64,000 nucleotides of DNA from Auanema rhodensis (Eukaryota > Animalia > Nematoda), in contig OZ059898.1 of assembly GCA_964057225.1 (NCBI GenBank), positions 21,266,001 through 21,330,000 on the forward strand, given 5' to 3'. The translations under genes and the position numbers were made by a program. Under the pieces are notes generated by a model. The model did not search any database and was not told where the DNA came from. It saw nothing but the letters and a program-made list of their open reading frames with translations. Every line of letters begins with the position of its first letter. Position 1 is the stretch's first letter. Positions 26,221 through 40,124 of this stretch are shown one piece after another.

Positions 26221-29200
26221 CGGTTTTCAAAATAAGATTCCCCATGTCCATATTAGTCTAAAAACAAATTTTTATTGATATTGGTTCATGGTAACCATGA
26301 CTTTGAAATTTACGTGAACTTTAATTTATGCTAATTAAATGTACACGTGATGTGCACTTGGTATGTAACTCGCTTCACGTGAAAGATAAAGAGATGCGGT
26401 TTTCAAAATTAGATTCCCCATGTCCATATTAGTCTAAAAACAAATTTTTATTGAGATTGGTGCATGGTAACCATGACTTTGAAATTTACGTGAACTTTAA
26501 TTTATGCTAATTAAATGTACACGTGATGTGCACTTGGTATGTAACTCGCTTCACGTGAAAGATAAAGAGATGCGGTTTTCAAAATTAGATTCCCCAAGTC
26601 CATATTAGTCTAAAAACAAATTTTTATTGATATTGGTTCATGGTAACCATGACTTTGAAATTTACGTGAACTTTAATTTATGCTAATTAAATGTACACGT
26701 GATGTGCACTTGGTATGTAACTCGCTTCACGTGAAAGATAAAGAGATGCGGTTTTCAAAATAAGATTCCCCATGTCCATATTAGTCTAAAAACAAATTTT
26801 TATTGATATTGGTTCATGGTAACCATGACTTTGAAATTTACGTGAACTTTAATTTATGCTAATTAAATGTACACGTGATGTGCACTTGGTATGTAACTCG
26901 CTTCACGTGAAAGATAAAGAGATGCGGTTTTCAAAATTAGATTCCCCATGTCCATATTAGTCTAAAAACAAATTTTTATTGATATTGGTTCATGGTAACC
27001 ATGACTTTGAAATTTACGTGAACTTTAATTTATGCTAATTAAATGTACACGTGATGTGCACTTGGTATGTAACTCGCTTCACGTGAAAGATAAAGAGATG
27101 CGGTTTTCAAAATTAGATTCCCCATGTCCATATTAGTCTAAAAACAAATTTTTATTGATATTGGTGCATGGTAACCATGACTTTGAAATTTACGTGAACT
27201 TTAATTTATGCTAATTAAATGTACACGTGATGTGCACTTGGTATGTAACTCGCTTCACATGAAAGATAAAGAGATGCGGTTTTCAAAATTAGATTCCCCA
27301 TGTCCATATTAGTCTAAAAACAAATTTTTATTGATATTGGTGCATGGTAACCATGACTTTGAAATTTACGTGAACTTTAATTTATGCTAATTAAATGTAC
27401 ACGTGATGTGCACTTGGTATGTAACTCGCTTCACGTGAAAGATAAAGAGATGCGGTTTTCAAAATTAGATTCCCCATGTCCATATTAGTCTAAAAACAAA
27501 TTTTTATTGATATTGGTGCATGGTAACCATGACTTTGAAATTTACGTGAACTTTAATTCATGCTAATTAAATGTACACGTGATGTGCACTTGGTATGTAA
27601 CTCGCTTCACGTGAAAGATAAAGAGATGCGGTTTTCAAAATTAGATTCCCCATGTCCATATTAGTCTAAAAACAAATTTTTATTGATATTGGTGCATGGT
27701 AACCATGACTTTGAAATTTACGTGTACTTTAATTTATGCTAATTAAATGTACACGTGATGTGCACTTGGTATGTAACTCGCTTCACGTGAAAGATAAAGA
27801 GATGCGGTTTTCAAAATTAGATTCCCCAAGTCCATATTAGTCTAAAAACAAATTTTTATTGATATTGGTTCATGGTAACCATGACTTTGAAATTTACGTG
27901 AACTTTAATTTATGCTAATTAAATGTACACGTGATGTGCACTTGGTATGTAACTCGCTTCACGTGAAAGATAAAGAGATGCGGTTTTCAGAATTAGATTC
28001 CCCATGTCCATATTAGTCTAAAAACAAATTTTTATTGATATTGGTTCATGGTAACCATGACTTTGAAATTTACGTGAACTTTAATTTATGCTAATTAAAT
28101 GTACACGTGATGTGCACTTGGTATGTAACTCGCTTCACGTGAGAGATAAAGAGATGCGGTTTTCAAAATTAGATTCCCCAAGTCCATATTAGTCTAAAAA
28201 CAAATTTTTATTGATATTGGTTCATGGTAACCATGACTTTGAAATTTACGTGAACTTTAATTTATGCTAATTAAATGTACACGTGATGTGCACTTGGTAT
28301 GTAACTCGCTTCACGTGAAAGATAAAGAGATGCGGTTTTCAGAATTAGATTCCCCATGTCCATATTAGTCTAAAAACAAATTTTTATTGATATTGGTTCA
28401 TGGTAACCATGACTTTGAAATTTACGTGAACTTTGATTTATGCTAATTAAATGTACACGTGATGTGCACTTGGTATGTAACTCGCTTCACGTGAAAGATA
28501 AAGAGATGCGGTTTTCAGAATTAGATTCCCCATGTCCATATTAGTCTAAAAACAAATTTTTATTGATATTGGTGCATGGTAACAAAGACTTTGAAATTTA
28601 CGTGAACTTTAATTTATGCTAATTTAATGTACACGTGATGTGCACTTGGTATGTAACTCGCTTCACGTGAAAGATAAAGAGATGCGGTTTTCAAAATTAG
28701 ATTCCCCATGTCCATATTAGTCTAAAAACAAATTTTTATTGATATTGGTGCATGGTAACCATGACTTTGAAATTTACGTGAACTTTAATTCATGCTAATT
28801 AAATGTACACGTGATGTGCACTTGGTATGTAACTCGCTTCACGTAAAAGATAAAGAGATGCGGTTTTCAAAATTAGATTCCCCATGTCCATATTAGTCTA
28901 AAAACAAATTTTTATTGATATTGGTGCATGGTAACCATGACTTTGAAATTTACGTGAACTTTGATTTATGCTAATTAAATGTACACGTGATGTGCACTTG
29001 GTATGTAACTCGCTTCACGTGAAAGATAAAGAGATGCGGTTTTCAAAATTAGATTCCCCATGTCCATATTAGTCTAAAAACAAATTTTTATTGATATTGG
29101 TGCATGGTAACCATGACTTTGAAATTTACGTGAACTTTAATTTATGCTAATTAAATGTACACGTGATGTGCACTTGGTATGTAACTCGCTTCACGTGAAA

Positions 29201-32200
29201 GATAAAGAGATGCGGTTTTCAAAATAAGATTACCCATGTCCATATTAGTCTAAAAACAAATTTTTATTGATATTGGTTCATGGTAACCATGACTTTGAAA
29301 TTTACGTGAACTTTAATTTATGCTAATTAAATGTACACGTGATGTGCACTTGGTATGTAACTCGCTTCACGTGAAAGATAAAGAGATGCGGTTTTCAAAA
29401 TTAGATTCCCCATGTCCATATTAGTCTAAAAACAAATTTTTATTGATATTGGTTCATGGTAACCATGACTTTGAAATTTACGTGAACTTTAATTTATGCT
29501 AATTAAATGTACACGTGATGTGCACTTGGTATGTAACTCGCTTCACGTGAAAGATAAAGAGATGCGGTTTTCAAAATTAGATTCCCCATGTCCATATTAG
29601 TCTAAAAACAAATTTTTATTGATATTGGTGCATGGTAACCATGACTTTGAATATTACGTGAACTTTAATTTATGCTAATTAAATGTACACGTGATGTGCA
29701 CTTGGTATGTAACTCGCTTCACGTGAAAGATAAAGAGATGCGGTTTTCAAAATTAGATTCCCCATGTCCATATTAGTCTAAAAACAAATTTTTATTGATA
29801 TTGGTGCATGGTAACCATGACTTTGAAATTTACGTGAACTTTAATTTATGCTAATTAAATGTACACGTGATGTGCACTTGGTATGTAACTCGCTTCACGT
29901 GAAAGATAAAGAGATGCGGTTTTCAAAATTAGATTCCCCATGTCCATATTAGTCTAAAAACAAATTTTTATTGATATTGGTGCATGGTAACCATGACTTT
30001 GAAATTTACGTGAACTTTAATTTATGCTAATTAAATGTACACGTGATGTGCACTTGGTATGTAACTCGCTTCACGTGAAAGATAAAGAGATGCGGTTTTC
30101 AAAATTAGATTCCCCATGTCCATATTAGTCTAAAAACAAATTTTTATTGATATTGGTGCATGGTAACCATGACTTTGAAATTTACGTGAACTTTAATTTA
30201 TGCGAATTAAATGTACACGTGATGTGCACTTGGTATGTAACTCGCTTCACGTGAAAGATAAAGAGATGCGGTTTTCAAAATTAGATTCCCCAAGTCCATA
30301 TTAGTCTAAAAACAAATTTTTATTGATATTGGTTCATGGTAACCATGACTTTGAAATTTACGTGTACTTTAATTTATGCTAATTAAATGTACACGTGATG
30401 TGCACTTGGTATGTAACTCGCTTCACGTGAAAGATAAAGAGATGCGGTTTTCAAAATTAGATTCCCCAAGTCCATATTAGTCTAAAAACAAATTTTTATT
30501 GATATTGGTTCATGGTAACCATGACTTTAAAATTTACGTGAACTTTAATTTATGCTAATTAAATGTACACGTGATGTGCACTTGGTATGTAACTCGCTTC
30601 ACGTGAAAGATAAAGAGATGCGGTTTTCAAAATTAGATTCCCCATGTCCATATTAGTCTAAAAACAAATTTTTATTGATATTGGTGCATGGTAACCATGA
30701 CTTTGAAATTTACGTGAACTTTAATTTATGCTAATTAAATGTACACGTGATGTGCACTTGGTATGTAACTCGCTTCACGTGAAAGATAAAGAGATGCGGT
30801 TTTCAACATTAGATTCCCCATGTCCATATTAGTCTAAAAACAAATTTTTATTGATATTGGTGCATGGTAACCATGACTTTGAAATTTACGTGAACTTTAA
30901 TTTATGCTAATTAAATGTACACGTGATGTGCACTTGGTATGTAACTCGCTTCACGTGAAAGATAAAGAGATGCGGTTTTCAAAATAAGATTCCCCATGTC
31001 CATATTAGTCTAAAAACAAATTTTTATTGATATTGGTTCATGGTAACCATGACTTTGAAATTTACGTGAACTTTAATTTATGCTAATTAAATGTACACGT
31101 GATGTGCACTTGGTATGTAACTCGCTTCACGTGAAAGATAAAGAGATGCGGTTTTCAAAATTAGATTCCCCATGTCCATATTAGTCTAAAAACAAATTTT
31201 TATTGATATTGGTGCATGGTAACCATGACTTTGAAATTTACGTGAACTTTAATTTATGCTAATTAAATGTACACGTGATGTGCACTTGGTATGTAACTCG
31301 CTTCACGTGAAAGATAAAGAGATGCGGTTTTCAAAATTAGATTCCCCATGTCCATATTAGTCTAAAAACAAATTTTTATTGATATTGGTGCATGGTAACC
31401 ATGACTTTGAAATTTACGTGAACTTTAATTTATGCTAATTAAATGTACACGTGATGTGCACTTGGTATGTAACTCGCTTCACGTGAAAGATAAAGAGATG
31501 CGGTTTTCAAAATTAGATTCCCCATGTCCATATTAGTCTAAAAACAAATTTTTATTGATATTGGTGCATGGTAACCATGACTTTGAAATTTACGTGAACT
31601 TTAATTTATGCTAATTAAATGTACACGTGATGTGCACTTGGTATGTAACTCGCTTCACGTGAAAGATAAAGAGATGCGGTTTTCAAAATTAGATTCCCCA
31701 TGTCCATATTAGTCTAAAAACAAATTTTTATTGATATTGGTGCATGGTAACCATGACTTTGAAATTTACGTGAACTTTAATTTATGCGAATTAAATGTAC
31801 ACGTGATGTGCACTTGGTATGTAACTCGCTTCACGTGAAAGATAAAGAGATGCGGTTTTCAAAATTAGATTCCCCAAGTCCATATTAGTCTAAAAACAAA
31901 TTTTTATTGATATTGGTTCATGGTAACCATGACTTTGAAATTTACGTGTACTTTAATTTATGCTAATTAAATGTACACGTGATGTGCACTTGGTATGTAA
32001 CTCGCTTCACGTGAAAGATAAAGAGATGCGGTTTTCAAAATTAGAATCCCCAAGTCCATATTAGTCTAAAAACAAATTTTTATTGATATTGGTTCATGGT
32101 AACCATGACTTTAAAATTTACGTGAACTTTAATTTATGCTAATTAAATGTACACGTGATGTGCACTTGGTATGTAACTCGCTTCACGTGAAAGATAAAGA

Positions 32201-35020
32201 GATGCGGTTTTCAAAATTAGATTCCCCAAGTCCATATTAGTCTAAAAACAAATTTTTATTGATATTGGTTCATGGTAACCATGACTTTGAAATTTACGTG
32301 AACTTTAATTTATGCTAATTAAATGTACACGTGATGTGCACTTGGTATGTAACTCGCTTCACGTGAAAGATAAAGAGATGCGGTTTTCAAAATTAGATTC
32401 CCCATGTCCATATTAGTCTAAAAACAAATTTTTATTGATATTGGTGCATGGTAACCATGACTTTGAAATTTACGTGAACTTTAATTTATGCTAATTAAAT
32501 GTACACGTGATGTGCACTTGGTATGTAACTCGCTTCACGTGAAAGATAAAGAGATGCGGTTTTCAACATTAGATTCCCCATGTCCATATTAGTCTAAAAA
32601 CAAATTTTTATCGATATTGGTTCATGGTAACCATGACTTTGAAATTTACGTGAACTTTAATTTATGCTAATTAAATGTACACGTGATGTGCACTTGGTAT
32701 GTAACTCGCTTCAAGTGAAAGATAAAGAGATGCGGTTTTCAAAATTAGATTCCCCATGTCCATATTAGTCTAAAAACAAATTTTTATTGATATTGGTGCA
32801 TGGTAACCATGACTTTGAAATTTACGTGAACTTTAATTTATGCGAATTAAATGTACACGTGATGTGCACTTGGTATGTAACTCGCTTCACGTGAAAGATA
32901 AAGAGATGCGGTTTTCAAAATTAGATTCCCCAAGTCCATATTAGTCTAAAAACAAATTTTTATTGATATTGGTTCATGGTAACCATGACTTTGAAATCTA
33001 CGTGAACTTTAATTTATGCTAATTAAATGTACACGTGATGTGCACTTGGTATGTAACTCGCTTCACGTGAAAGATAAAGAGATGCGGTTTTCAAAATTAG
33101 ATTCCCCAAGTGTATATTAGTCTAAAAACAAATTTTTATTGATATTGGTGCATGGTAACCATGACTTTGAAATTTACGTGAACTTTAATTTATGCTAATT
33201 AAATGTACACGTGATGTGCACTTGGTATGTAACTCGCTTCACGTGAAAGATAAAGAGATGCGGTTTTCAAAATTAGATTCCCCATGTCCATATTAGTCTA
33301 AAAACAAATTTTTATTGATATTGGTGCATGGTAACCATGACTTTGAAATTTACGTGAACTTTAATTTATGCTAATTAAATGTACACGTGATGTGCACTTG
33401 GTATGTAACTCGCTTCACGTGAAAGATAAAGAGATGCGGTTTTCAAAATTAGATTCCCCATGTCCATATTAGTCTAAAAACAAATTTTTATTGATATTGG
33501 TGCATGGTAACCATGACTTTGAAATTTACGTGAACTTTAATTTATGCTAATTAAATGTACACGTGATGTGCACTTGGTATGTAACTCGCTTCACGTGAAA
33601 GATAAAGAGATGCGGTTTTCAAAATTAGATTCCCCATGTCCATATTAGTCTAAAAACAAATTTTTATTGATATTGGTGCATGGTAACCATGACTTTGAAA
33701 TTTACGTGTACTTTAATTTATGCTAATTAAATGTACACGTGATGTGCACTTGGTATGTAACTCGCTTCACGTGAAAGATAAAGAGATGCGGTTTTCAAAA
33801 TTAGAATCCCCAAGTCCATATTAGTCTAAAAACAAATTTTTATTGATATTGGTTCATGGTAACCATGACTTTAAAATTTACGTGAACTTTAATTTATGCT
33901 AATTAAATGTACACGTGATGTGCACTTGGTATGTAACTCGCTTCACGTGAAAGATAAAGAGATGCGGTTTTCAAAATTAGATTCCCCATGTCCATATTAG
34001 TCTAAAAACAAATTTTTATTGATATTGGTGCATGGTAACCATGACTTTGAAATTTACGTGAACTTTAATTTATGCTAATTAAATGTACACGTGATGTGCA
34101 CTTGGTATGTAACTCGCTTCACGTGAAAGATAAAGAGATGCGGTTTTCAAAATTAGATTCCCCAAGTCCATATTAGTCTAAAAACAAATTTTTATTGATA
34201 TTGGTTCATGGTAACCATGACTTTGAAATCTACGTGAACTTTAATTTATGCTAATTAAATGTACACGTGATGTGCACTTGGTATGTAACTCGCTTCACGT
34301 GAAAGATAAAGAGATGCGGTTTTCAAAATTAGATTCCCCAAGTGTATATTAGTCTAAAAACAAATTTTTATTGATATTGGTGCATGGTAACCATGACTTT
34401 GAAATTTACGTGAACTTTAATTTATGCTAATTAAATGTACACGTGATGTGCACTTGGTATGTAACTCGCTTCACGTGAAAGATAAAGAGATGCGGTTTTC
34501 AACATTAGATTCCCCATGTCCATATTAGTCTAAAAACAAATTTTTATCGATATTGGTTCATGGTAACCATGACTTTGAAATTTACGTGAACTTTAATTTA
34601 TGCTAATTAAATGTACACGTGATGTGCACTTGGTATGTAACTCGCTTCAAGTGAAAGATAAAGAGATGCGGTTTTCAAAATTAGATTCCCCATGTCCATA
34701 TTAGTCTAAAAACAAATTTTTATTGATATTGGTGCATGGTAACCATGACTTTGAAATTTACGTGAACTTTAATTTATGCGAATTAAATGTACACGTGATG
34801 TGCACTTGGTATGTAACTCGCTTCACGTGAAAGATAAAGAGATGCTGTTTTCAAAATTAGATTCCCCAAGTCCATATTAGTCTAAAAACAAATTTTTATT
34901 GATATTGGTTCATGGTAACCATGACTTTGAAATTTACGTGAACTTTAATTTATGCTAATTAAATGTACACGTGATGTGCACTTGGTATGTAACTCGCTTC
35001 ACGTGAAAGATAAAGAGATG

Positions 35021-38000
35021 CGGTTTTCAAAATTAGATTCCCCATGTCCATATTAGTCTAAAAACAAATTTTTATTGATATTGGTTCATGGTAACCATGA
35101 CTTTGAAATTTACGTGAACTTTGATTTATGCTAATTAAATGTACACGTGATGTGCACTTGGTATGTAACTCGCTTCACGTGAAAGATAAAGAGATGCGGT
35201 TTTCAAAATTAGATTCCCCATGTCCATATTAGTCTAAAAACAAATTTTTATTGATATTGGTGCATGGTAACCATGACTTTGAAATTTACGTGAACTTTGA
35301 TTTATGCTAATTAAATGTACACGTGATGTGCACTTGGTATGTAACTCGCTTCACGTGAAAGATAAAGAGATGCGGTTTTCAAAATTAGATTCCCCATGTC
35401 CATATTAGTCTAAAAACAAATTTTTATTGATATTGGTGCATGGTAACCATGACTTTGAAATTTACGTGAACTTTAATTTATGCTAATTAGATGTACACGT
35501 GATGTGCACTTGGTATGTAACTCGCTTCACGTGAAAGATAAAGAGATGCGGTTTTCAAAATTAGATTCCTCATGTCCATATTAGTCTAAAAACAAATTTT
35601 TATTGATATTGGTTCATGGTAACCATGACTTTGAAATTTACGTGAACTTTAATTTATGCTAATTAAATGTACACGTGATGTGCACTTGGTATGTAACTCG
35701 CTTCACGTGAAAGATAAAGAGATGCGGTTTTCAAAATTAGATTCCCCATGTCCATATTAGTCTAAAAACAAATTTTTATTGATATTGGTGCGTGGTAACC
35801 ATGACTTTGAAATTTACGTGAACTTTGATTTATGCTAATTAAATGTACACGTGATGTGCACTTGGTATGTAACTCGCTTCACGTGAAAGATAAAGAGATG
35901 CGGTTTTCAAAATTAGATTCCTCATGTCCATATTAGTCTAAAAACAAATTTTTATTGATATTGGTTCATGGTAACCATGACTTTGAAATTTACGTGAACT
36001 TTAATTTATGCTAATTAAATGTACACGTGATGTGCACTTGGTATGTAACCCGCTTCACGTGAAAGATAAAGAGATGCGGTTTTCAAAATTAGATTCCCCA
36101 TGTCCATGTTAGTCTAAAAACAAATTTTTATTGATATTGGTACATGGTAACCATGATTTTGAAATTTACGTGAACTTTAATTTATGCTAATTAAATGTAC
36201 ACGTGATGTGCACTTGGTATGTAACTCGCTTCACGTGAAAGATAAAGAGATGCGGTTTTCAAAATTAGATTCCCCATGTCCATATTAGTCTAAAAACAAA
36301 TTTTTATTGATATTGGTTCATGGTAACCATGACTTTGAAATTTACGTGAACTTTAATTTATGCTAATTAAATGTACACGTGATGTGCACTTGGTATGTAA
36401 CCCGCTTCACGTGAAAGATAAAGAGATGCGGTTTTCAAAATTAGATTCCTCATGTCCATATTAGTCTAAAAACAAATTTTTATTGATATTGGTTCATGGT
36501 AACCATGACTTTGAAATTTACGTGAACTTTAATTTATGCTAATTAAATGTACACGTGATGTGCACTTGGTATGTAACTCGCTTCACGTGAAAGATAAAGA
36601 GATGCGGTTTTCAAAATTAGATTCCCCATGTCCATATTAGTCTAAAAACAAATTTTTATTGATATTGGTGCGTGGTAACCATGACTTTGAAATTTACGTG
36701 AACTTTAATTTATGCTAATTAAATGTACACGTGATGTGCACTTGGTATGTAACTCGCTTCAAGTGAAAGATAAAGAGATGCGGTTTTCAAAATTAGATTC
36801 CCCATGTCCATATTAGTCTAAAAACAAATTTTTATTGATATTGGTGCATGGTAACCATGACTTTGAAATTTACGTGAACTTTGATTTATGCTAATTAAAT
36901 GTACACGTGATGTGCACTTGGTATGTAACTCGCTTCACGTGAAAGATAAAGAGATGCGGTTTTCAACATTAGATTCCCCATGTCCATATTAGTCTAAAAA
37001 CAAATTTTTATCGATATTGGTTCATGGTAACCATGACTTTGAAATTTACGTGAACTTTAATTTATGCTAATTAAATGTACACGTGATGTGCACTTGGTAT
37101 GTAACTCGCTTCAAGTGAAAGATAAAGAGATGCGGTTTTCAAAATTAGATTCCCCATGTCCATATTAGTCTAAAAACAAATTTTTATTGATATTGGTGCG
37201 TGGTAACCATGACTTTGAAATTTACGTGAACTTTAATTTATGCTAATTAAATGTACACGTGATGTGCACTTGGTATGTAACTCGCTTCACGTGAAAGATA
37301 AAGAGATGCGGTTTTCAAAATTAGATTCCCCATGTCCATATTAGTCTAAAAACAAATTTTTATTGATATTGGTTCATGGTAACCATGACTTTGAAATTTA
37401 CGTGAACTTTGATTTATGCTAATTAAATGTACACGTGATGTGCACTTGGTATGTAACTCGCTTCACGTGAAAGATAAAGAGATGCGGTTTTCAAAATTAG
37501 ATTCCCCATGTCCATATTAGTCTAAAAACAAATTTTTATTGATATTGGTGCATGGTAACCATGACTTTGAAATTTACGTGAACTTTGATTTATGCTAATT
37601 AAATGTACACGTGATGTGCACTTGGTATGTAACTCGCTTCACGTGAAAGATAAAGAGATGCGGTTTTCAAAATTAGATTCCCCATGTCCATATTAGTCTA
37701 AAAACAAATTTTTATTGATATTGGTGCATGGTAACCATGACTTTGAAATTTACGTGAACTTTAATTTATGCTAATTAGATGTACACGTGATGTGCACTTG
37801 GTATGTAACTCGCTTCACGTGAAAGATAAAGAGATGCGGTTTTCAAAATTAGATTCCTCATGTCCATATTAGTCTAAAAACAAATTTTTATTGATATTGG
37901 TTCATGGTAACCATGACTTTGAAATTTACGTGAACTTTAATTTATGCTAATTAAATGTACACGTGATGTGCACTTGGTATGTAACTCGCTTCACGTGAAA

Positions 38001-40124
38001 GATAAAGAGATGCGGTTTTCAAAATTAGATTCCCCATGTCCATATTAGTCTAAAAACAAATTTTTATTGATATTGGTGCGTGGTAACCATGACTTTGAAA
38101 TTTACGTGAACTTTGATTTATGCTAATTAAATGTACACGTGATGTGCACTTGGTATGTAACTCGCTTCACGTGAAAGATAAAGAGATGCGGTTTTCAAAA
38201 TTAGATTCCTCATGTCCATATTAGTCTAAAAACAAATTTTTATTGATATTGGTTCATGGTAACCATGACTTTGAAATTTACGTGAACTTTAATTTATGCT
38301 AATTAAATGTACACGTGATGTGCACTTGGTATGTAACCCGCTTCACGTGAAAGATAAAGAGATGCGGTTTTCAAAATTAGATTCCCCATGTCCATGTTAG
38401 TCTAAAAACAAATTTTTATTGATATTGGTACATGGTAACCATGATTTTGAAATTTACGTGAACTTTAATTTATGCTAATTAAATGTACACGTGATGTGCA
38501 CTTGGTATGTAACTCGCTTCACGTGAAAGATAAAGAGATGCGGTTTTCAAAATTAGATTCCCCATGTCCATATTAGTCTAAAAACAAATTTTTATTGATA
38601 TTGGTTCATGGTAACCATGACTTTGAAATTTACGTGAACTTTAATTTATGCTAATTAAATGTACACGTGATGTGCACTTGGTATGTAACTCGCTTCACGT
38701 GAAAGATAAAGAGATGCGGCTTTCAAAATTAGATTCCCCATGTCCATATTAGTCTAAAAACAAATTTTTATTGATATTGGTGCATGGTAACCATGACTTT
38801 GAAATTTACGTGAACTTTAATTTATGCTAATTAAATATACACGTGATGTGCACTTGGTATGTAACTCGCTTCACGTGAAAGATAAAGAGATGCGGTTTTC
38901 AAAATTAGATTCCCCAAGTCCATATTAGACTAAAAACAAATTTTTATTGATATTGGTTCATGGTAACCATGACTTTGAAATTTACGTGAACTTTAATTTA
39001 TGCTAATTAAATGTACACGTGATGTGCACTTGGTATGTAACTCGCTTCACGTGAAAGATAAAGAGATGCTGTTTTCAAAATTAGATTCCCCATGTCCATA
39101 TTAGTCTAAAAACAAATTTTTATTGATATTGGTGCATGGTAACCATGACTTTGAAATTTACGTGAACTTTGATTTATGCTAATTAAATGTACACGTGATG
39201 TGCACTTGGTATGTAACTCGCTTCACGTGAAAGATAAAGAGATGCGGTTTTCAAAATTAGATTCCTCATGTCCATATTAGTCTAAAAACAAATTTTTATT
39301 GATATTGGTTCATGGTAACCATGACTTTGAAATTTACGTGAACTTTAATTTATGCTAATTAAATGTACACGTGATGTGCACTTGGTATGTAACCCGCTTC
39401 ACGTGAAAGATAAAGAGATGCGGTTTTCAAAATTAGATTCCCCATGTCCATGTTAGTCTAAAAACAAATTTTTATTGATATTGGTACATGGTAACCATGA
39501 TTTTGAAATTTACGTGAACTTTAATTTATGCTAATTAAATGTACACGTGATGTGCACTTGGTATGTAACTCGCTTCACGTGGAAGATAAAGAGATGCGGT
39601 TTTCAAAATTAGATTCCCCATGTCCATATTAGTCTAAAAACAAATTTTTATTGATATTGGTTCATGGTAACCATGACTTTGAAATTTACGTGAACTTTAA
39701 TTTATGCTAATTAAATGTACACGTGATGTGCACTTGGTATGTAACTCGCTTCACGTGAAAGATAAAGAGATGCGGTTTTCAAAATTAGATTCCCCATGTC
39801 CATATTAGTCTAAAAACAAATTTTTATTGATATTGGTGCATGGTAACCATGACTTTGAAATTTACGTGAACTTTAATTTATGCTAATTAAATGTACACGT
39901 GATGTGCACTTGGTATGTAACTCGCTTCACGTGAAAGATAAAGAGATGCGGTTTTCAAAATTAGATTCCCCAAGTCCATATTAGACTAAAAACAAATTTT
40001 TATTGATATTGGTTCATGGTAACCATGACTTTGAAATTTACGTGAACTTTAATTTATGCTAATTAAATGTACACGTGATGTGCACTTGGTATGTAACTCG
40101 CTTCACGTGAAAGATAAAGAGATG
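35021..40124 (+). repeat. Overlapping higher-order duplications: 13-monomer offset (2288 bp) and 6-monomer tandem (1056 bp)
   Basis: 35021-36252 matches 37309-38540. 38013-39068 approximately matches 39069-40124. The marker monomer A32G+66A+C81T starts at 36077, 38365 and 39421. Confidence 0.85.
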
